A stretch of 64,000 nt of DNA. It comes from Flavobacterium sp. GTDB lineage: Bacteria > Bacteroidota > Bacteroidia > Flavobacteriales > Flavobacteriaceae. This document shows, one piece after another, positions 59,000 through 64,000 of the stretch. The stretch is from positions 16,008 to 80,007 of the forward strand of contig JAYTNO010000198.1 of assembly GCA_043748275.1 (NCBI GenBank), written 5' to 3'. A model generated the notes under the pieces. The model did not search any database. It worked only from the letters and a program-made list of their open reading frames with translations, and was not told where the DNA came from. A program made the position numbers and the translations under genes. Position 1 is the first letter of the stretch. The number at the start of each line of letters is the position of its first letter.

Positions 59000-60166
59000 T
59001 TAATAACTCATTTCAACTATTTCTTTTACTTTTTCTAAGGTAATGTTTTGTTTTTCGCCAAGTGTTTTCCAACCTCTTTCATCAAAACGGTTTACAATAA
59101 AATCAGCGGTGTTTTTAAAATCGGTTGCATTTTCAGAAAGTTTGGTTTTCATTCCCATAAGATGAAAAAATTCAACCGTTTTTTCTATGGCTTGGTTGGC
59201 TTTTTCATCTACTGTTTTTCCTGAAACATTCCAAATGCGTTCTCCGTATTGTGCTAGTTTGTCTTTTTTGGTTTCAAACATTACTTTGTATAAACTTGGA
59301 GCTATAATTGCCAATGTTCTCGCATGGTCGATTTCGTAAAGAGCAGTTAATTCGTGACCAATCATATGCGTTGCCCAATCACTCGGAACTCCTTTTTGAA
59401 TCAACCCATTTAATGCCATTGTAGCACACCACATATAATTGGATGCTAATTTATAATCGGCAGGATTTTCAACCACATCGGGACCAATTTCTACCAAAGT
59501 TTGCAAAATTCCTTCCGCAATTCTGTCCTGTAACAAAGCATCGTGAGGATAAGTTAGATATTGTTCCATAACGTGCGTAAAAGCATCAATTACACCGTTT
59601 TGAATTTGTCTTTTTGGCAACGAAACAATAAAAGAAGGATCACAAATAGAAAATTTCGGAAACAAAGCACTTCCGCCAAGAGTTAGTTTTTCGTGCGTAG
59701 CTTCTATTGTAATTACGGCACCCGAATTCATTTCTGAACCTGTTGCAGGAATAGTCAAAACAGTTCCAAACGGAATTACTTTTGACAAATCTGTAAATAA
59801 AATTCGGTTTTTAAGAATATCAATAGGATTTCCTTCAAATTGAACGGCACCAGAAATAAATTTTACCCCATCAATAACGCTTCCGCCACCAACAGCAAGT
59901 ATAAACGTGATTTTTTGTTCTCTAATAATTGCAACAGCTTTCATCAAGGTTTCAAAACGCGGATTGGGTTCGATACCACCAAACTCAACAACTTCAAAAC
60001 CAGAAAGTGCTTTTTTTACTTGGTCATAAACGCCATTTTTAAAAATACTTCCGCCACCATAAGCCAATAATATTTTGGCATTTGCTGGAATAAGTTTTGA
60101 TAATTTTTCGGTTTGACCTTTTCCGAAAATGTAGTTGGTAGGATTGTATAATTCGAAGTTCAACAT
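59000..60166 (-). CDS. Iron-containing NADPH alcohol dehydrogenase (YqhD-like)
   Basis: YGGGS, GGGSVID, ATGSE, HMIGHE. Confidence 0.92.
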   Translation of the reverse strand: MLNFELYNPTNYIFGKGQTEKLSKLIPANAKILLAYGGGSIFKNGVYDQVKKALSGFEVVEFGGIEPNPRFETLMKAVAIIREQKITFILAVGGGSVIDGVKFISGAVQFEGNPIDILKNRILFTDLSKVIPFGTVLTIPATGSEMNSGAVITIEATHEKLTLGGSALFPKFSICDPSFIVSLPKRQIQNGVIDAFTHVMEQYLTYPHDALLQDRIAEGILQTLVEIGPDVVENPADYKLASNYMWCATMALNGLIQKGVPSDWATHMIGHELTALYEIDHARTLAIIAPSLYKVMFETKKDKLAQYGERIWNVSGKTVDEKANQAIEKTVEFFHLMGMKTKLSENATDFKNTADFIVNRFDERGWKTLGEKQNITLEKVKEIVEMSY

Positions 60167-60241
60167 AGTATTTATATTTAGAACTGCAAATTTACAAAAC
60201 GAATGAAGGAACGAATGGTAAAACTATGTTAAGGTATCGTT

Positions 60242-60823
60242 TTACTTTTTATAAAAATTATTATGGTCAATATATTCCCATACTTTCTCTGACAATAACG
60301 GACGAATATTTTTTTTGTTTTTGATGCTGTCCCGAATAAAAGTCGAAGAAATTTCAACTATAGGTGCATCAATTTTATGAATTCTTGGATGGTTTTTTAA
60401 ATCTAGATTTTCATTTCCTACTGAAAGTCTTGGATAAATATAAATAGCGTGATTTTCTAAAATATACTCGTAGTTTTTCCATTTATGAAGCGACTTCAAG
60501 TTGTCTTCACCCATAATCAAAGAAAACTCGTGTTGTGGAAATTTTTCTTTTAAATAAGCTAATGTATTGACGGTATAATTGGGTTGAGGTAACTTAAACT
60601 CAATATCTGAAGGTTTAATTTTTGGATACTCTTCGGTTGCCAAATGTGCCAAATGCAATCTTTGATAATCATCAAGCAAAGTGTTTTTTTCTTTATGCGG
60701 ATTGTGTGGCGTTACAACCAACCAAATTTGTTCTAGCTCAGAATGTTCTGCCATATGATTGGCAATTATCAAATGACCAATATGAATAGGGTTAAACGTT
60801 CCGAAATACAATCCGATTTTCAT
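60242..60823 (-). CDS. nadD: Nicotinate-nucleotide adenylyltransferase
   Basis: GTFNPIHIGH, ISST. Confidence 0.95.
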   Translation of the reverse strand: MKIGLYFGTFNPIHIGHLIIANHMAEHSELEQIWLVVTPHNPHKEKNTLLDDYQRLHLAHLATEEYPKIKPSDIEFKLPQPNYTVNTLAYLKEKFPQHEFSLIMGEDNLKSLHKWKNYEYILENHAIYIYPRLSVGNENLDLKNHPRIHKIDAPIVEISSTFIRDSIKNKKNIRPLLSEKVWEYIDHNNFYKK

Positions 60824-60826
60824 AAA

Positions 60827-61408
60827 TTAAAAATTAGCTTCCTTTACAAATTCTTTGACTAATAAATAGGCTTCTTCTTTGGCAATATCCAAATCATAAT
60901 TCTTGATAATTTTATCAAATTGCGGTGCAGTTGCTAGTTCTACGTGAGCTTTTGCAATACGCATATTGATTTTATCATCTGTTTCTGTAGACCGTTCTTT
61001 TAAACGTCTTTTAAGTTCATCAACACTTGGTGGTTTAACAAAAACAGCTAATGTTTCTTGAGGGAATTTAGATTTTATGCGCAATCCGCCAGCAACATCA
61101 ATATCAAAAATAACGTTTTTTCCTTTTGCCCAAATGCGTTCTACTTCACTTTTCAGCGTTCCGTAAAAATTATCACGATAGACTTCTTCCCATTCAACAA
61201 AATTTTCGGCTTTGATGTGTTTCTTAAACTCTTGAATGGTCATAAAATAATATTCTTTTCCGTTTTCTTCTTCGCCACGTGGTTCACGTGTAGCAGCAGA
61301 AATCGAAAACTCAAGATTTAAGTCTTCTTGTGTAAGCAAATGCCTTACTATGGTGGTTTTTCCCGAACCTGATGGTGCTGAGAATACTAATAATTTTCCT
61401 TTGTTCAT
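60827..61408 (-). CDS. gmk: Guanylate kinase
   Basis: APSGSGKTT, YGT, DIDV.G. Confidence 0.95.
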   Translation of the reverse strand: MNKGKLLVFSAPSGSGKTTIVRHLLTQEDLNLEFSISAATREPRGEEENGKEYYFMTIQEFKKHIKAENFVEWEEVYRDNFYGTLKSEVERIWAKGKNVIFDIDVAGGLRIKSKFPQETLAVFVKPPSVDELKRRLKERSTETDDKINMRIAKAHVELATAPQFDKIIKNYDLDIAKEEAYLLVKEFVKEANF

Positions 61409-61461
61409 TTTATGCTGAATTTATTTCAGTATCTGTATCTAGTCTTTATCCTTACTCTTTT

Positions 61462-62322
61462 TTACAACACATTCAAAACCTGCTCCTTAATTTTTTCTAA
61501 TTCATCTTTCATCATAACTACTAATTTTTGCATACCAGAATGATTAGATTTAGAACCCATTGTATTGATTTCTCTTCCAATTTCTTGGGTAATAAAACCC
61601 AATTTTCTACCGTTGGCTTCAGTTCCAGAAAGAGTTTCGGTAAAATAATTTAAATGGTTTTCTAATCGTACTTTCTCCTCAGTAATGTCATATTTCTCAA
61701 GATAAAAAATCAATTCTTGTTCAAATCGATTTTCATCTACATTCGTTTGAAGTTCATCAAGAGCGGTGCGAAGTCTAGTTTTTACAGTTTCTATTCTTTC
61801 TTTATCAAATGACAAAGCATCATTCATAAATTGACGAATATTACCAATTCTAAACAAAAATTCTTTCTCTAATGCCAATCCTTCGTCTTGACGAAAAACA
61901 CCAATATTTACTAATCCTTCTTTGATTACTTTTTGAATTTCGGCCCAATCATTTTCGTCAATTTCATCACGTTCCGTTTTTAAAGCATCGGGCATTCTAA
62001 CAGCCATTTTCATCAACTCAGTTTCATCCGCATCAGCAATTACTTCCTTCATTTGGTTGATGTAGGCTTTTACAATCGGTACATTTATTTTGGTAGATGT
62101 TTGCTCACCAGTCATTTCAATAAAAATCGAAAAATCAATTTTTCCACGTTCTAACTTCAAGGCAATTTCATTACGCAAACCCAATTCCATCTCGCGATAG
62201 ATAGAAGGCATTCTAACATTTAAGTCTAAACCTTTGCTGTTAAGTGATTTTACTTCTACTGTAATTTTTTTGGTTGGTAATTGCAAAGTTGCTTTTCCAA
62301 AACCTGTCATTGATTGTATCAT
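61462..62322 (-). CDS. yicC: YicC/YloC endoribonuclease family
   Basis: SMTGFG, GRKLGFITQE.GRE.NTMGSK, KEQV.N. Confidence 0.92.
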   Translation of the reverse strand: MIQSMTGFGKATLQLPTKKITVEVKSLNSKGLDLNVRMPSIYREMELGLRNEIALKLERGKIDFSIFIEMTGEQTSTKINVPIVKAYINQMKEVIADADETELMKMAVRMPDALKTERDEIDENDWAEIQKVIKEGLVNIGVFRQDEGLALEKEFLFRIGNIRQFMNDALSFDKERIETVKTRLRTALDELQTNVDENRFEQELIFYLEKYDITEEKVRLENHLNYFTETLSGTEANGRKLGFITQEIGREINTMGSKSNHSGMQKLVVMMKDELEKIKEQVLNVL

Positions 62323-62379
62323 ATATTTTTTAAAAGTCCTCAAAGATAAGGAAAAATGGTTGTTTTATCTGTTTTGAAA

Positions 62380-62730
62380 TTAACTCAAAGCTTTCATTAC
62401 TTGAAGCATATTCTGTTGACTATTGCCTATGTAAATTTTAGAATCAATAATAAAAACAGGTCTACTTATAAAAGTATAGTGTTCTAAAATGTATTTTTTA
62501 AAATCAGCTTCTGTCAATGATTTGTTTTTTAAATCCATCGATTTATAAAGTTGTGCTTTTTTGCTAAAAAGAGCTTCGTAACTTCCAGATAATTGATACA
62601 TTTCGTCTAATTCTGATTCAGAGATAGGATTTTGTTTGATATCATGAAAAACCAAATTATTATCCTTAGGCAAGGATTTGATGATTTTTCGACACGTGTC
62701 ACAAGATGCAAGATAATATACTTTGTTCAT
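62380..62730 (-). CDS. ArsC/Spx-family protein
   Basis: CDTCRK, RPV. Confidence 0.85.
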   Translation of the reverse strand: MNKVYYLASCDTCRKIIKSLPKDNNLVFHDIKQNPISESELDEMYQLSGSYEALFSKKAQLYKSMDLKNKSLTEADFKKYILEHYTFISRPVFIIDSKIYIGNSQQNMLQVMKALS

Positions 62731-62806
62731 AATTATTGAAATTTACTTTTGCAAATAAAATTCATTTCGATGCTAAATTGATTATTTTTATCAAAAAAAT
62801 AGAATC

Positions 62807-63262
62807 GTGCAACAAATTTTTGACATCACAGAAACTAGTAGAAAAGTATTGCTACAGTTTTTAGAAAAATATTCTGTAGAAGAATTAAATAAAATTCCAG
62901 AAGGTTTTTCTAATAATATCATTTGGAATATAGGACATATTATTGTTGTACAACAAATGTTGGTCTATAAATTATCTGGTTTGCCTATGATGATTTCAGA
63001 CGAAATGATTGAAAAATTTAAAAAAGGAACCAAACCAGAGCACGAAGTAAATCAGCAAGAAATAGATGAAATAAAAGCATTGCTTTTTGAAACTATTAAT
63101 AAAACAAAAATTGATTTTAATGAAAACAGATTTAAAACCTATAATGAATTTACCTCAATGTCGGGTTATACTATGAAAACGGCCACAGACGCAATTGCAT
63201 TCAACTATTATCATGAAGCGCTTCACACCGGAATCATAATGCAAATTCGGAAGTTTATTTAG
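62807..63262 (+). CDS. DinB-family protein
   Basis: NNIIWNIGH, HEALH. Confidence 0.85.
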   Translation: MQQIFDITETSRKVLLQFLEKYSVEELNKIPEGFSNNIIWNIGHIIVVQQMLVYKLSGLPMMISDEMIEKFKKGTKPEHEVNQQEIDEIKALLFETINKTKIDFNENRFKTYNEFTSMSGYTMKTATDAIAFNYYHEALHTGIIMQIRKFI

Positions 63263-63373
63263 TTTTTTTTCATTAAAAAATTCGAGATACTTCAATGAAA
63301 AATAAAAGAATTGTTTGGTAATTTGGGCTAATTTCAATCAAAAATTTACCTTTGCAAAAAAATAATTCAAAAA

Positions 63374-64000
63374 ATGAAATTCAACACCAAAGTTATACAC
63401 GGCAACCAACATCATGACCCAAGTACTGGAGCAGTGATGCCACCAGTTTATCAAACCTCAACGTTTGTGCAAACAAGTCCAGGAAAACCAGTAAATCCAG
63501 ATTACGAATATTCTCGTGCTGCAAACCCAACACGATCGGCATTGGAAAACGCATTAGCAAGCATTGAAAATGGAACTCGAGGATTGGCTTTTTCTTCGGG
63601 ATTGGCAGCAACAGATTGCGTTTTGCGTTCTTTTAAAGCTGGAGACGAAATCATTGCAATGGATGATTTGTATGGCGGAACTTACAGAATGTTTACTCGT
63701 ATTTACAAAGATTCAGGAATAAAATTCCACTTTGTAGATATGAATGATATCGAAAAATTCAAATCATTAATCAACAGCAATACCAAATTGGTTTGGGTAG
63801 AGACGCCTACAAATCCTTTGATGAAATTGGCAGACATTCAAGAAATTGCAAAAATCACCAAAGAGAAAAAAATTCTTTTTGCTGTCGATAACACATTTGC
63901 AACTCCATATCTTCAAAAACCATTAGATTTAGGTGCAGATATCGTGATGCATTCGGCTACAAAATACCTTGGAGGACATTCAGATGTTATTGCTGGAGCT
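63374..64000 (+). CDS. metB: Cystathionine gamma-synthase/lyase (partial, runs off the window end)
   Basis: YSRAANPT, FSSGLAA, YGGT, ETPTNP, VDNTF, HSATKYLGGHSD. Confidence 0.85.
   Translation, partial: MKFNTKVIHGNQHHDPSTGAVMPPVYQTSTFVQTSPGKPVNPDYEYSRAANPTRSALENALASIENGTRGLAFSSGLAATDCVLRSFKAGDEIIAMDDLYGGTYRMFTRIYKDSGIKFHFVDMNDIEKFKSLINSNTKLVWVETPTNPLMKLADIQEIAKITKEKKILFAVDNTFATPYLQKPLDLGADIVMHSATKYLGGHSDVIAGA

Noticed and set aside
38-63611. Many short ORF-track entries overlapping larger genes (e.g. 38-373, 9813-10178, 13791-14168, 38270-38530, 43466-43792, 63393-63611)
   Set aside because: Antisense or alternate-frame shadows of well-supported genes or regulatory regions, with no motifs.

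Overview
AT-rich Bacteroidetes chromosome segment, most likely Flavobacterium (T9SS C-terminal domains, TAnnTTTG promoters, moxR-bat operon). Host genes occupy 1-20514 (HipA/HIRAN-like pair, T9SS protein, phnA-like, moxR-batABCDE, cvpA, pheS, gpsA) and 57377-64000 (NHL-repeat T9SS protein, Fe-ADH, nadD, gmk, yicC, ArsC-like, DinB, cystathionine gamma-synthase). Between them lies an apparently complete Mu-like transposable myovirus prophage of about 36.6 kb (~20586-57165). Most unusual signals: (1) an integron-like cassette system with no integrase in the window, seen as two inverted cassettes in the prophage and one cassette inserted precisely into a host REP palindrome, all sharing one attC-like geometry; (2) a likely -1 frameshift fusing the portal to a MuF protein with a C-terminal RNase-like domain; (3) an antisense small RNA right after that gene with a tRNA-Tyr-like anticodon loop (candidate RNA antitoxin); (4) two tRNA-like mini-elements in the early operon; (5) further structured RNAs and a symmetric divergent late promoter. 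All family assignments come from motif recognition and synteny, not database searches.
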